Shown here piece after piece: positions 10,201-19,887 of a DNA stretch of 64,000 nucleotides (within the stretch, counting starts at the first letter, position 1; the number at the start of each line of letters is the position of its first letter). Source of the stretch: Cyanobacteria bacterium J06626_4 (GTDB lineage Bacteria; Cyanobacteriota; Cyanobacteriia; Phormidesmidales; Phormidesmidaceae). A program made the position numbers and the translations under genes. The notes under the pieces were generated by a model. It did no database searches, was not told the DNA's origin, and saw only the letters and a list, made by a program, of their open reading frames with translations. The stretch is taken from contig JBCBJQ010000010.1 in the NCBI GenBank assembly GCA_038523235.1, positions 1 through 64,000 on the forward strand, given 5' to 3'.

Positions 10201-10871
10201 CAGGTGATATGACCGGAACGGTAGCCCTTTGGGATTTATCGAACCGAGTGTTTTGCTGGCAACAGCAGCAGACTCACACTGATCCTGTGATGGCCCTAGC
10301 CTTTACCCCGGATGGGCAACGCCTCTACAGTGGCAGTCGCGATCGCACCATCCAAGGCTGGGACGTTCAGGGTCAGGCGATTGCCCAGCTATCCAACCAT
10401 CGTCGCCGGGTGCATACGCTTTGCGTATCTGCCGATGGCGACTATTTGTACAGCGGCAGCTATGACGGCACTGTGCGGTGCTGGCAGCTATCCGATCACA
10501 CTTGCGTCAATACTTGGCAGAAGCAAGATCTCTATATCCATGAGATCGCCTTAGATGAGCAGCATCGCCCCGTGGTTCTCATGAGCGATACCCAAACGGT
10601 GGAACTTTGGGAACTTGATACCGATACCTGTCGCGCCACCTTTACCCCCCATGCGGAAGCAAACTGGCACATTAGCACAAGTCCTGATGGCCAGGCGATC
10701 GCCTGTGCTAGCCAAAACGGTGACATTAATATCTGGTCGCTGGCCACGGGCCAAAAGCAAGGTCAGCTGCGGGTCGATCGCCCCTACGAAGGCATGCAGA
10801 TCGGCGGTTCTCAAGGGCTGACCGACTCAGAGCGACAGATGCTGTATTCCCTCGGAGCGACGGATTATTAA
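7221..10871 (+). CDS. NLR-like STAND protein: N-terminal HTH, NB-ARC, short pentapeptide-like stretch, WD40 repeats
   Basis: N-terminal TYQKIAAEAGYTEGYL..VGP.LW.LLS.ALG..V.K.NFR; Walker A GIPGVGKT; Walker B LIVLDG; many WD40 repeats; C-terminal RPYEGM..GLT. Confidence 0.9.
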   Translation: MSGLMGFDEAFRTADLAVRAVRVDGLRDIDRVVLEGSWHRHTYQKIAAEAGYTEGYLSRDVGPALWTLLSDALGMQVKKTNFRTAIERWSEQMLAELPAASALDAASNSNGRAAAATLAAAPIPDVASFLPFDISDFRGRQPSLADLADWVINHHGRLLCLSGIPGVGKTWLAVKLAEQVRPHFQQFVYRDLSDRALPSELLGDLLQELGNASDRPDSLAERLDLLTQTLTQRKCLIVLDGIEAVYRPQMLAGTYDARFTDYREILDALASREHPSCVVWVGRDLPRAALPITGSGCRLFCVEGLDQAELSTLAFWPPELTATESDWQLLSHHYGGIPALILAEVAPRIASFGHRLTACLDALQLETQLIQTYIETWLAPLSDVEWQVLTWMMLGQQPLSLQQISQYLNTSMALGAVESLGDRGICHSRVEAGADAVWELALPELLSPYLRDRFLQAFATADEAQQWELLDHYPLLQANAPEMIRQWQRQALLGAVSSLLEATYRRPAEQESFLRRALQASQAPAQRAAAEGYRAGNLVNLAQYWQHSLVDIDFHSLQLRDADLQSDLFQGVSFAGADLQQTLLAKPMGQCPVIAINAHQNEIAVGDQDGRLLLWNRQNGRLQRAMLTVTSAIRAIAFSIDGYTLAEGRQDGTIRLWDLQSEYGPELFANTADEALTTLAFSPDKQLLVGGDEAGNLYVWRLASGEQLHCIAAHSAAVTAIAISPCSQFLLTCGEDCAAVEWQLASGEATQRFQGRLTSRLGTVAYLPGVPPNSLRAVVIGRDEGQLVIWDLTSERPLKVMQEPCDLFMTLTLSPNGRYLAASDISNTVSVWEVDSRARLYQISATSAPVESLVFSPDSRELMTGGDYMVQRWHAYSGQCLRIWRSDRHPAKKLALATHPLRLLSYHDDQTVRCWQHAAERQRWLPQARLQLPDGSLAELMATSQSGHYWAVGTAAGQIAIWDCHRSLWLDWSMRLPKSITALAFDQAGTLLAAGDMTGTVALWDLSNRVFCWQQQQTHTDPVMALAFTPDGQRLYSGSRDRTIQGWDVQGQAIAQLSNHRRRVHTLCVSADGDYLYSGSYDGTVRCWQLSDHTCVNTWQKQDLYIHEIALDEQHRPVVLMSDTQTVELWELDTDTCRATFTPHAEANWHISTSPDGQAIACASQNGDINIWSLATGQKQGQLRVDRPYEGMQIGGSQGLTDSERQMLYSLGATDY

Positions 10872-10970
10872 AGCACCCCACACAATCAGGCAGTTCCAGC
10901 CTTAACGGTTCGTTTCTTTTAACAGGAAATATATTTCGGATGAGTGAGTTGCTGATTGAAGGCAGCTGGT

Positions 10971-11345
10971 TCAAGGAATACGAATAACTTGGGGCTCCGC
11001 TGACTCAACCGTCACAGCGAGGATTGATACTCCGGTTTCGGCATCGCGCATACACCAAGGGTGTGTCACGTAGGTCTGGAGTTCATAAGATTCGCGAGAT
11101 CGCAGAGCCCGGTAAAAGACTTCCTCACCCTCATAATCTAGCCAGTAAATAGCAACTGTCCTGTTCGATGAATTGATGAATTCGATGGGAACTTCTTGAT
11201 CACCATCAACGGAAGTTAATTTGCAGCTGACTGATGGAGCATCCTCCTTACTTTGCCCTGCTAGAGGATCTGTAGTGATCGGGCTGACATTGCAGCCCAC
11301 CACAAATAGCGAGGATATTATCGGCAACAGGAACTGGCGGCTCAT
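10971..11345 (-). CDS. VHL beta-domain lipoprotein
   Basis: Lipobox LFVVGC; IEFIN.S.R.V.IYWLDYEG...Y..L......QTYVTHPW..RDA resembles the von Hippel-Lindau beta domain; ATG at 11345 preferred. Confidence 0.75.
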   Translation of the reverse strand: MSRQFLLPIISSLFVVGCNVSPITTDPLAGQSKEDAPSVSCKLTSVDGDQEVPIEFINSSNRTVAIYWLDYEGEEVFYRALRSRESYELQTYVTHPWCMRDAETGVSILAVTVESAEPQVIRIP

Positions 11346-11368
11346 TAAACGATATCTCCTAAAAAACA

Positions 11369-13495
11369 CTAAGGAGTGACGCGCCCGAATTCAAACGTAA
11401 ATTCCTCGGCGGTATCGACCAGGGTAAGCAAAGGGCCGAGCTGTTCTTGACCGTTCACAGCCAAATCGCTGTGACATAAAATAACCTGCTCGGTAGCGCG
11501 ACCCAGCAAGTCTCGCAAGATCCGCTCTAGGCGGGCTTCGTGACTACGTTCGATAAAGTCAATGGGCCAGGGCTGCCCGTGCCGCTGCTGCAAGAACATC
11601 GGATAGCCAAACAGCGCATCTGTACCCGTCAGCCAGCGGGGGGAACTCGCATCGAGCCAAAACTGCCAGCGATGGTGCAGCCGCTGTGATCGATATTGAA
11701 ACACGGTTGCCAGTGTCACACCCTGCTGCCCATGCTCTAAAGGCTTCACCGGAAACGGGTTGGCCGCCACAATCCCCTGCAGCAGCAGCGCCAAAAAGCG
11801 ACCTTCGGGGGACAGTGTGGGGGCTGACAGCTCAGATTTCAGACGCTGCTGCTGTCGGAGACGGCCCTGCACTTGCCAAAAATGCTGGGCTGTTTCCATG
11901 AGTTCTCGCAGGGCAGCCAGCTGGTCATAGGGAAGATAGTTGCCCCGCCACAAAAAAGATTGAATCGTGCGATCAATCAAGCTGACAGGGTTGGTAATCA
12001 ATCGCTGCTGGAGCGCCTGCCGCTGCTGAGCAATCCAGTCGCGTAGCGCATTGTAGGCATCAGTGGCCCGATAGCCGAGCCGATCCCACCGGGGGAACTC
12101 GGTCACTGCTAAGAGATCGGGGCGCTGAGGATCAGGATAAAAACAGTGGTCCACAATCAGCTCAGCCCGCACCGGATCGATTTGCACGCGCTCAAACCAC
12201 GACTGGCTCGGGTCACCCTGAGCCGACTGGCTGAGCACCACCAACATTTCGGCGACGGCGTCTTTGGTTAAAAACCGCCCCAGCTCTGGATAGATGAAGG
12301 GCACCATGGTCAAAATGGCACGCACCAGAGGAGTGCTGACCAGCGGTCGCTGATCGTTGAGCGAGGCCACCGGAATGTGCTGCTTCTGCAGGATTTCGGC
12401 CAGGGTGTAGCGAGCGATCGCATCAAACCCTGGCCCAATTACCGCAATGTCGCCAGGGGTAACTTGCTTCTGTTGGATGGCGGTCGCGATCGTCTCGGCG
12501 GTTTGGCGCAACAGCTCTCCTCGCGAGGTGGCTTGAATCACCTGCACCGCCGGAATCGGCTCTGGCACTGCCAGCGGATCGAGAACAGCCGTGACGATGG
12601 GGTCGGCCCAAGCAGTCGCTAAGGACTCAGTGGCGACTGGAGTAAGCACTTCGACCGTTTTAGCTCCCGCCCGCAGCGACTCTAATGCCTCGGGGTCAGC
12701 CCCGACCCCGAGGCGAATCTTACCGTGGGGATTCCACGTAACGGCGGTCGGCAACTGCCACGCGTCGGCCTGCCGCCACAGCTCCGCAAAAATCGCCGGA
12801 TACTCGTCAAAATCATCAGCCATCAGACCACAAAAGCGCTCGACGAATTTCGCCTGATACAGCGGCTGAGGCAGCAAATGTCGCCAATACAGTTCGGTAG
12901 CGATGCTGTAGGTCAAAAAGCTCTGGCTCAAGCACCAGTCTCGCCATTGGATCACGGCTTGGGCGATCGCTCCCCAGACATCAGCTGAGGCAATGCCACC
13001 GGGCAGAGCCTCAACCAACAGCTCAGGCAAAGCCTCTGCCGGGGTTCCGCTAGTCGCCGCTAGTTGCAAAAAATCGAGCGATCGCCGCACGGTTTGCGTT
13101 TCAGTCCAACCGGGGACTTCTAAGATGCCGCGATCGAGCTGATCACGCCAGAGTTGAGTCGCTAACTCCTGCTCATTCTCGGGCCGCAACGGCATTGGAA
13201 ATTGCGGGCTGAGCCCCAAAGTTTCCACCAGCAAAGGCCAAAACAGCGTCACCTCGTTTTGAATGAACCCCGCCGGCGTAGCCGTCGTAATCGGGAGGGT
13301 CGCCGGGAGGCTGTCGGCCAGGCGATCGCTCAGGGTGAGGCGATTGTCACCGTTGGCCGCGAATAATAAAAAGACAGCCCCTGCCGGACGGCCCACCATT
13401 GGTGCCGCCGCTATTTCGGTAATATGGGCCAGCAACCGAGTGGTTTTGCCACTCCGGGTGGGGCCTTCAATCCAGATGAGATCTGCCATATTCAA
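11369..13495 (-). CDS. P-loop protein with a degenerate UvrD/SF1 helicase-like fold
   Basis: N-terminal GPTRSGKT Walker A, ADDFDEY Walker B-like, PGDIAVIGP motif; 708 aa. Confidence 0.7.
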   Translation of the reverse strand: MNMADLIWIEGPTRSGKTTRLLAHITEIAAAPMVGRPAGAVFLLFAANGDNRLTLSDRLADSLPATLPITTATPAGFIQNEVTLFWPLLVETLGLSPQFPMPLRPENEQELATQLWRDQLDRGILEVPGWTETQTVRRSLDFLQLAATSGTPAEALPELLVEALPGGIASADVWGAIAQAVIQWRDWCLSQSFLTYSIATELYWRHLLPQPLYQAKFVERFCGLMADDFDEYPAIFAELWRQADAWQLPTAVTWNPHGKIRLGVGADPEALESLRAGAKTVEVLTPVATESLATAWADPIVTAVLDPLAVPEPIPAVQVIQATSRGELLRQTAETIATAIQQKQVTPGDIAVIGPGFDAIARYTLAEILQKQHIPVASLNDQRPLVSTPLVRAILTMVPFIYPELGRFLTKDAVAEMLVVLSQSAQGDPSQSWFERVQIDPVRAELIVDHCFYPDPQRPDLLAVTEFPRWDRLGYRATDAYNALRDWIAQQRQALQQRLITNPVSLIDRTIQSFLWRGNYLPYDQLAALRELMETAQHFWQVQGRLRQQQRLKSELSAPTLSPEGRFLALLLQGIVAANPFPVKPLEHGQQGVTLATVFQYRSQRLHHRWQFWLDASSPRWLTGTDALFGYPMFLQQRHGQPWPIDFIERSHEARLERILRDLLGRATEQVILCHSDLAVNGQEQLGPLLTLVDTAEEFTFEFGRVTP

Positions 13496-13606
13496 AGCTG
13501 ATGGCGAGAACCTATAGCGCGCCCAGAAATTTTATGCTCTGCTTCAAACCCAATCCAGACCCATTTCACGCGTTCAGGCCGAGCTAGTAGCGGTTGCCCC
13601 GCCCCA

Positions 13607-14071
13607 CTATTCCACCCTAATCGTGACGAGCTCTGAAACCACGGGGGGGTTGTAGGGCACATGAATGTAGTTGGCTAGCAGCAACTGCAGGGTATGCTCA
13701 CCCGGCGGCAGACTGATGATGGTCTCCGTTTGACCGCCGCCAAAGTGTTTGATCTGATCGGTTGCCTGCAATGACGTATCCAAGTCAGGCAGTTCCGCCA
13801 AATCGATCAGCAAATGGTGGTGCCCTGTCCCCATTTTTTCGACCCCGGCCGGAGCCACGCCCATACCAGACAGCCCAAACTTGACTGTAAAGGGACTCGA
13901 CACCACGTCACCATCTTGAGGCGTAATTAAGTAGACCTTGGCACCTTCTGGTGCAGTCGAACGAGACTCATTGGCCCAGACGGGGTCGACATTCAAGACG
14001 AGACTGGCCAGCACGATAAGTAGTCCACTCGCGATCGCGATCGCACGTTTCATAACAACTTCCCTCAACAA
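13607..14071 (-). CDS. DUF4399 domain secreted protein
   Basis: Signal peptide; VKFGLSGMGVAPAG, TGHHHLLID, HFGGGQTE and LPPGEHTLQL motifs. Confidence 0.8.
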   Translation of the reverse strand: MLREVVMKRAIAIASGLLIVLASLVLNVDPVWANESRSTAPEGAKVYLITPQDGDVVSSPFTVKFGLSGMGVAPAGVEKMGTGHHHLLIDLAELPDLDTSLQATDQIKHFGGGQTETIISLPPGEHTLQLLLANYIHVPYNPPVVSELVTIRVE

Positions 14072-14177
14072 CTACGCGCTCTTGCCATACACTGTATCGA
14101 TTCTTGTTCGAGAGCGCGAGGGGTAGCCGTTGGGGGCATGTTCTAGGGGCATTCACTTATGGAGCGAGAGCATTCAC

Positions 14178-14651
14178 TTACGGACGGATCGACTCTGACC
14201 CAGCCGAGCATTCATAGATGTCAATTCCCATCACCAGATTGTCATCAAACTCTTCAAACTTCTCAGGCTGGGCATTAATTGTAAACAGTGGATAGTTCAT
14301 TTGTTGACTGGCACCGATAAAACCAATCTGAACGTAGCACTGGCCGCCACCAACCCCCCAGTGGTCATAGTCATATTTGCCACCAAAGGGGGCATCTTGG
14401 GGCCAGTTGACGATGCCTTCCGGTTGGACATCCCGGTTAACATCGGGCGGATATTGACCAAATTCAGTCCGATATAGCTGGGCTTCTCGTGACATGACGC
14501 CCATGCTTTGCTTAACTTCGGCATAGCGGGCACGCTGCATCATGGCGGTATAGGCTGGCAGGGCCAGGGCAGCTAAGACCCCCAGAATCACGGTAACGAC
14601 GAGTAACTCAATCAGAGTGAAACCCTGTTGGCTATTCCAACGAGTTTGCAT
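14178..14651 (-). CDS. Type IV pilin / pseudopilin-like protein
   Basis: Prepilin cleavage/methylation motif QG|FTLIELLVV..ILGVLAALALP; two C-terminal-half Cys. Confidence 0.88.
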   Translation of the reverse strand: MQTRWNSQQGFTLIELLVVTVILGVLAALALPAYTAMMQRARYAEVKQSMGVMSREAQLYRTEFGQYPPDVNRDVQPEGIVNWPQDAPFGGKYDYDHWGVGGGQCYVQIGFIGASQQMNYPLFTINAQPEKFEEFDDNLVMGIDIYECSAGSESIRP

Positions 14652-15241
14652 GGCTTTAATTTAGGGGTTGACTACAACGATCTATACCTGGCAGCAGTGA
14701 ATACAGCAGCGCTTTGATCAATCGAGGTTGGGTCAAAAACATCAATTGGCAAAGCTGGTCTTGACTGATGTGCCGATGGCATCCGAACGGCCCACTACCT
14801 ACACCGATAACCTCCCCAGTCAGGGCGACCGCCCGTCACCTAGAAGCCCAGTGCAAGTGGTATCCCCCCCCTATTCAGAGCTTTATCGGTAGTAACAGGG
14901 TTCTGATCGGTGAGTTCAAGAAGGCTACATAATCACGATGTCAGCCTTTATACTTGCTTTATACATTTCCCAGCGAAAATCCTTAGTCCAGCCCTATAAG
15001 GCCCTGTAGCTAAGGCCTATAACAGTTCTCAGCAGTCAAGTTCCCGAGGCAATTTTGGCAACGCAGAAAAGCCAAAGGGACGGCGCTCAGACTTGCAGTC
15101 TTAAATTTGTTAGAGCATCCACCTCTTCAGCTCTGGTGGTCAGCTCGCGGCTCAATTGCGGCCCTTCATTTCCCTGACAAACAGGACACGCAAGGACACC
15201 CAGGAGCAAATTTGGGAGCGGGACTCTGAGGCGATCGCCGG

Positions 15242-15814
15242 TCACGGCTGAGGCGCGGTAAGGGTCTGCAACAGCTCACCATAAACACTGACCAAATCAG
15301 GGAGTTGATAGTGCGCATTGAGACCGCTGGGATTAGGCAGCACCCACAGCTGAGTGTCGCCCAACCGTTCGGTTTGTCGACCGATCTGAGCCCGTCGCTG
15401 CTGAAAGGCCACGCGATAAGCAGTAACACCTAAAATAGCGAGCCACTGCGGTCGAAATTTTGACACTTTGGCAGTCAGCTCTTGATAGCCCTGGAGCAGT
15501 TCGGTAGGCGTCAGCTCATCAGCCCGCGCGGTGGCCCTAGCGACGATATTGGTCATGCCATAGCCAGCATCAAGTAGCGTGCGATCTTCCGTAGGATCGA
15601 GGCAGTGATCGGTAAACCCAGCCTGATGTAGCGTTTTCCACAGACGATTGCCGGGTCGAGCGAAGTGATGCCCAACGGCGGCGCTATAAATACTGGCGTT
15701 AATTCCACAGAATAATATCTTGAGGTCAGGGCCGATGATATCGGGGACTTCGCCATTGTAGGCAGCTTGGATCTCGGCTTTGCTGGGTTTACGCAGTTGC
15801 GCCATAGCAATCAA
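15242..15814 (-). CDS. mug: G/U mismatch-specific DNA glycosylase
   Basis: ILFCGIN, GHHFARPGNRLW and VLPNPSGLN motifs. Confidence 0.9.
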   Translation of the reverse strand: MIAMAQLRKPSKAEIQAAYNGEVPDIIGPDLKILFCGINASIYSAAVGHHFARPGNRLWKTLHQAGFTDHCLDPTEDRTLLDAGYGMTNIVARATARADELTPTELLQGYQELTAKVSKFRPQWLAILGVTAYRVAFQQRRAQIGRQTERLGDTQLWVLPNPSGLNAHYQLPDLVSVYGELLQTLTAPQP

Positions 15815-16055
15815 ACTCGTCAGGCAGAAGTCACATCACTGTGCAGAGCACCTCACCACTGACATTAAACCAAGCAGTTAGCGCCCCCAGATTTACGTTA
15901 GCTGAGCGCAGTTGTTCACTTCGCGTCTCCCCGAGGGAGAAAACGACATGCCCCCAGAAGTCCTCGATGTCCTCTGAGTCAGTTGCGCCTACGGCTTTAC
16001 GGAAGGATAATGGCCTTCGCGACAATGAAAAAGCTAAAAACAGCCTTGAATTAAA

Positions 16056-16129
16056 CGAGCACGAAGGGATTCGAACCCCCGACCCTCAGAACCGGAATCT
16101 GATGCTCTATCCAACTGAGCTACGTGCCC
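16056..16129 (-). tRNA. trnR: tRNA-Arg (anticodon CCG)
   Basis: Reverse complement GGGCACGTAGCTCAGTTGGATAGAGCA TCAGA-TTCCGGT-TCTGA ...GGTTCGAATCC...CGTGCTCG. Confidence 0.96.
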
Positions 16130-16666
16130 TCGGTTAAGCTAGATTGTAGCATCCTCCACTGGGGTGGCTGCGATCGCCGAAATGAATTTTACCGTGAGCC
16201 ACCGTTGGGCCAAGAGCCGCGTCTATCAACATTCGATCACCCGACTAAGCCGATGCCACTGGGGTTGCCCAAAAGTTGATACGGCTCGATGGGCTTGGCG
16301 AGAGGTTCGATACTCGCCAGCATTAGCAACAACACACAAAAAGACTTTTTCATTCTTGGGGCTCAGAATGCGGCTAGAGATAAACACCGCTTGAGCCAGC
16401 CAGATTGCGAAAGCGCCGACGTGTTTGTCGTCCGCTAGAGGCCTGATTGAGATCACAAGCACACCCGCTACCAGCGCCAATGAGCTAGGCGCAAAACTGT
16501 AGCAGAGGGTAGAAAGGTGCAGGGTTCAAGGTACAGGGAAGAGTCTTTCTACAAGCGATCCGGCAATTCAAAGTGGCCAAACCTGACTGCGGCTCGCGAT
16601 ATCTCACCCGTTGCAAAACGGCGCGAAAAGCGGCAACCTCAGGACTCGTAATCGCCAGATTCAGCA

Positions 16667-18040
16667 TCAAAAGATCGGAATGGTGGCATCGATGCTGATG
16701 CCAAAAAAGGTATCGTCAAACGAAATACGCGGTTCGGTCGATCGCCCGTAGCTCAGCCCCCCAAACAGAGAGATGCGCACCGCAGGCGTAATCGCATAGC
16801 GCAACTGCCCCGTAATGCGCTGATAGGTTTCGTGGCGGCTTTGGCGAGTAAAGTCTGAGATCGTTAGGCGGTAACCAATGCCGGCATCCCACCGGGGCGA
16901 GATGCGATACCCCAAGTAAGTACCCACCGAATTTAAGACATTGCTGAACTGATCAGGGTCGCTGAAGTAGATTTGCCCCTGATAAAAACTATCTAGCGTC
17001 AGTTGTGGCGTCAGCACATCGCGGCGATTGAGGGTCAGCTCGACGCCACTATTGCTAAAAAACTGGTCTGTATAGCCCTCTCGAAACAGCAGTTGACTGC
17101 TAAAACTCAGCTGCCCGTAAACGCGATCGGAAAAGCGATGACGAACCCCAGCGCGAAATCTCAGTTCGTCGTAGTTAGAGCGATTCTGTTCTTCGTAGCG
17201 CAGCAAGTTGGTTTCAGCTGAAACCAAGAGATTAGTGCGGGGGCCAATGCTTGGAAAAGCGATGAGGCTAATGCCTGGACGAACAAAATTATCGCCAAAT
17301 CGGCCCTGAATCGGGTCTTCTACCAAGAAAACATTGTCGCTGTTAGAGGCCGTCACATAGGTCGAAAGAAACAACACCGGGCGACGGCCTGGGGCAGGCA
17401 TAATTTGCCGTAGCTGCAAAATACCCAACTCTGGATCTTGTAGAGGATTCCGGAGTTGCAGGGTGCCGAGTTCCGGATCAACGCGGGGGTCGGCCACTTG
17501 AATCATGCCCAGCTCAGGGTCAAGCCCGCCCTCAGGCAGCGCCTCATCGGCAGGCTGGGGTTTATTTTGAGGTCGGTCTGGGGGCGTAATGGCGGTCGGC
17601 CAAGGGCTCCCCGACCGCGCCCCGGCAAAAAAGCGCTCTAATCGGGGCGCGACACTTTTAGGTTCTTTTTTAGCGGGGGCCTGAGGTGGCGGCGGGGTCT
17701 GACTCGAACTCGCAGGGGGGCGCTGCGTTAGCACCTCTGGCATGGCAGTGGGGTCAGTGCTCGCCGATGTGGCGGACGTTAGCAAGCGATCGCCCATGAC
17801 TGAAGGACCGATAACGCCAGCAGCGGCGGCTGGCGTCACGTCATTTTGAGCCGCCGTCCATGAGCCAGGCAGCACCGGCACCGCAACGACTGACGGCGGC
17901 ACTTTAGGGTCATCTAAAGTTTTATGGGAGACAATAGCAGGGGGCGACAGGTTAGCGTGGGCGTGGGCTTGTTGTAAGCTCAAAACCAAAGGCAACCAGC
18001 CGATGACCCAGTATTTAGAAAGGTAGATCGGGTTGGGCAC
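16667..18040 (-). CDS. Putative outer-membrane beta-barrel protein with Pro-rich N-terminal region
   Basis: Signal-like N-terminus, Pro/Ala-rich linker, three DPELG repeats, alternating aromatic beta strands, C-terminal Phe (ISIDATIPIF). Confidence 0.7.
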   Translation of the reverse strand: MPNPIYLSKYWVIGWLPLVLSLQQAHAHANLSPPAIVSHKTLDDPKVPPSVVAVPVLPGSWTAAQNDVTPAAAAGVIGPSVMGDRLLTSATSASTDPTAMPEVLTQRPPASSSQTPPPPQAPAKKEPKSVAPRLERFFAGARSGSPWPTAITPPDRPQNKPQPADEALPEGGLDPELGMIQVADPRVDPELGTLQLRNPLQDPELGILQLRQIMPAPGRRPVLFLSTYVTASNSDNVFLVEDPIQGRFGDNFVRPGISLIAFPSIGPRTNLLVSAETNLLRYEEQNRSNYDELRFRAGVRHRFSDRVYGQLSFSSQLLFREGYTDQFFSNSGVELTLNRRDVLTPQLTLDSFYQGQIYFSDPDQFSNVLNSVGTYLGYRISPRWDAGIGYRLTISDFTRQSRHETYQRITGQLRYAITPAVRISLFGGLSYGRSTEPRISFDDTFFGISIDATIPIF

Positions 18041-18290
18041 AAATAGCTCCGCAAACGGTGGCGACTCTATTGTTTAGCCGAGTAGGGAGTCACACATTGC
18101 CGATATCAAAATTTGAGACCTGTAGAAACGCAGTATTTTGTGAAGGGTTGAGTCCATCGGCGGGAACCCGATCAGCATCAGGCTCAGCCCCGACCAGTTA
18201 TCAAAACCGAGGCTAAGGAGAGTAATCAGATAGCCGAAGCGCTCAAACTAAGAATTAAAGTGTCCAACAGTTGCAAGTTATCAAACGTAG

Positions 18291-19412
18291 ATGCCCATGA
18301 GCCAATATGACCTCCGACGGGGCGGCCTGGCAAGTATAGTTTATGTGCTTTTGTGGGCGATCGCGCCAGAGCCGGCGATCGCTGAAGCCGTTTTAACCCA
18401 GGCAGCGGTGGAATCGTTTCGGAACCGAGTCGAACTCTCCCGGCAGGGGCAGCCCCCCCGGCTCGTGCAGACGAGCGACCAACTTGGCCTCGGTGATGTC
18501 ATTCGCACCCGTCAGGCGGCTCAAATTGACCTGCGCTTTGACGAGGGGTCGCTAGCGCGAGTGGGTGAGTCAACCACCTTTTGGTTTGTGCCCAACACGC
18601 GCAGCGTGCGGCTGGCGAATGGGACGGCATTGCTTTTGATGCCGCCAGGTAACGGCCCGACAACGATTGAAACCCCCAACGTCTTCACCCGCATCCAAGG
18701 GACGGCGGTGGTGGTGCGTCATCTGCCCGTAGTAAAAGAAGCCACGACGTTCCCTGAGCTAGCCGCCGAATTTAGCCGCAACACGGGGCGAACTGCCGTC
18801 ATGGTTTTGACCGATGCCGGTGGCCCAACCGCCGTCGAACTCCGCGATGGTCGCAGCGTTGAGCTGTCGGCCGGCCAAATGGCGATCGTCGATGCTGACA
18901 ATCTATTTTTATTCGAGTTTGATCTGGCGTTGTTCTACGAAACCAGCCCCCTAGTTGCAGGACTGTTTTTAGATGATCCAGATTATCCTGGCGATCGCCG
19001 GCCCACGGACCCGGTTCGAGATGAGGCGATCGATGACCTCGATCAACAACCAGATTTTGAAGGCGAATACCTGCTCGATCCCAACTTTCTTGATCCTGCC
19101 CAAGACCTGGCGATAGAAGATGGCTGGCTGTTTCCGGTAACACCTAGCCCCCCCCGGCCCAATGAAACTGCCCCCGAAATCAATAACAGCTCGGAGCCGG
19201 GAGCCTTCAACAGCCAGCCCCACATCAGCTCTGATCGAGCCGTCAACTTAACGCCAACGCTCGTCGAGTCACCACCCACGGCAGCCCCAGCCACACCAGG
19301 CCAAAATGAGGCGAATACCCCCGGTGACGCAGAATTGCCTTCCGGCGTACTCAACACCCCCGTTGAAGGCGGGCCGCTGTCACCACCGTCCGCCCCTGAA
19401 TCGCCCCCCTGA
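18291..19412 (+). CDS. FecR-domain secreted protein 1
   Basis: Signal peptide; LGDVIRT...IDLRFDEGSLARVGE.T.F and IETP....IQGT FecR-like motifs; Pro-rich tail. Confidence 0.8.
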   Translation: MPMSQYDLRRGGLASIVYVLLWAIAPEPAIAEAVLTQAAVESFRNRVELSRQGQPPRLVQTSDQLGLGDVIRTRQAAQIDLRFDEGSLARVGESTTFWFVPNTRSVRLANGTALLLMPPGNGPTTIETPNVFTRIQGTAVVVRHLPVVKEATTFPELAAEFSRNTGRTAVMVLTDAGGPTAVELRDGRSVELSAGQMAIVDADNLFLFEFDLALFYETSPLVAGLFLDDPDYPGDRRPTDPVRDEAIDDLDQQPDFEGEYLLDPNFLDPAQDLAIEDGWLFPVTPSPPRPNETAPEINNSSEPGAFNSQPHISSDRAVNLTPTLVESPPTAAPATPGQNEANTPGDAELPSGVLNTPVEGGPLSPPSAPESPP

Positions 19413-19887
19413 AATAGGGCCAGGTGAGTAGAGCATCGGCCATTTAGCCCATCTCGTTTGGGGAATTAGCGACCGATGATAGACAACACATCACGTGGAA
19501 AACTGCTGATGTTTACAGCCAGAGGGGAAACAGACACAGGCTTTGCACTCAGGCGACTAGAAGCCTTAAAAGTGAAAAAACCGCCATCAAACTTCATAAA
19601 GTCTTTACGGAAACCTGTTAAGCACTTACAAAGGTTTAAGAAACTCCCAGTAAAATATGAGGGGAATTACGGAAACTTTTTCCAACTTCTCTGTTGATTG
19701 CGTAAATGTATAATTCCTGCCGGTATTAAACATTTGAAGTATTGGGTCAAGATAAAGTTTTCGTTAGGATGGTTCAATTTGTTGCCAGCGATCGACCTTG
19801 GGTTGGTCTAAGGGCTGAGTAAGAGCGTCAGTTGACAGGCTGACAGGGGTGCTGAGCATTGCTGATTCGAATTTCAAGCGAGTAACT

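Noticed and set aside
15841..16137. 98-aa plus-strand ORF
   Set aside because: Runs antisense through tRNA-Arg and shows no coding features
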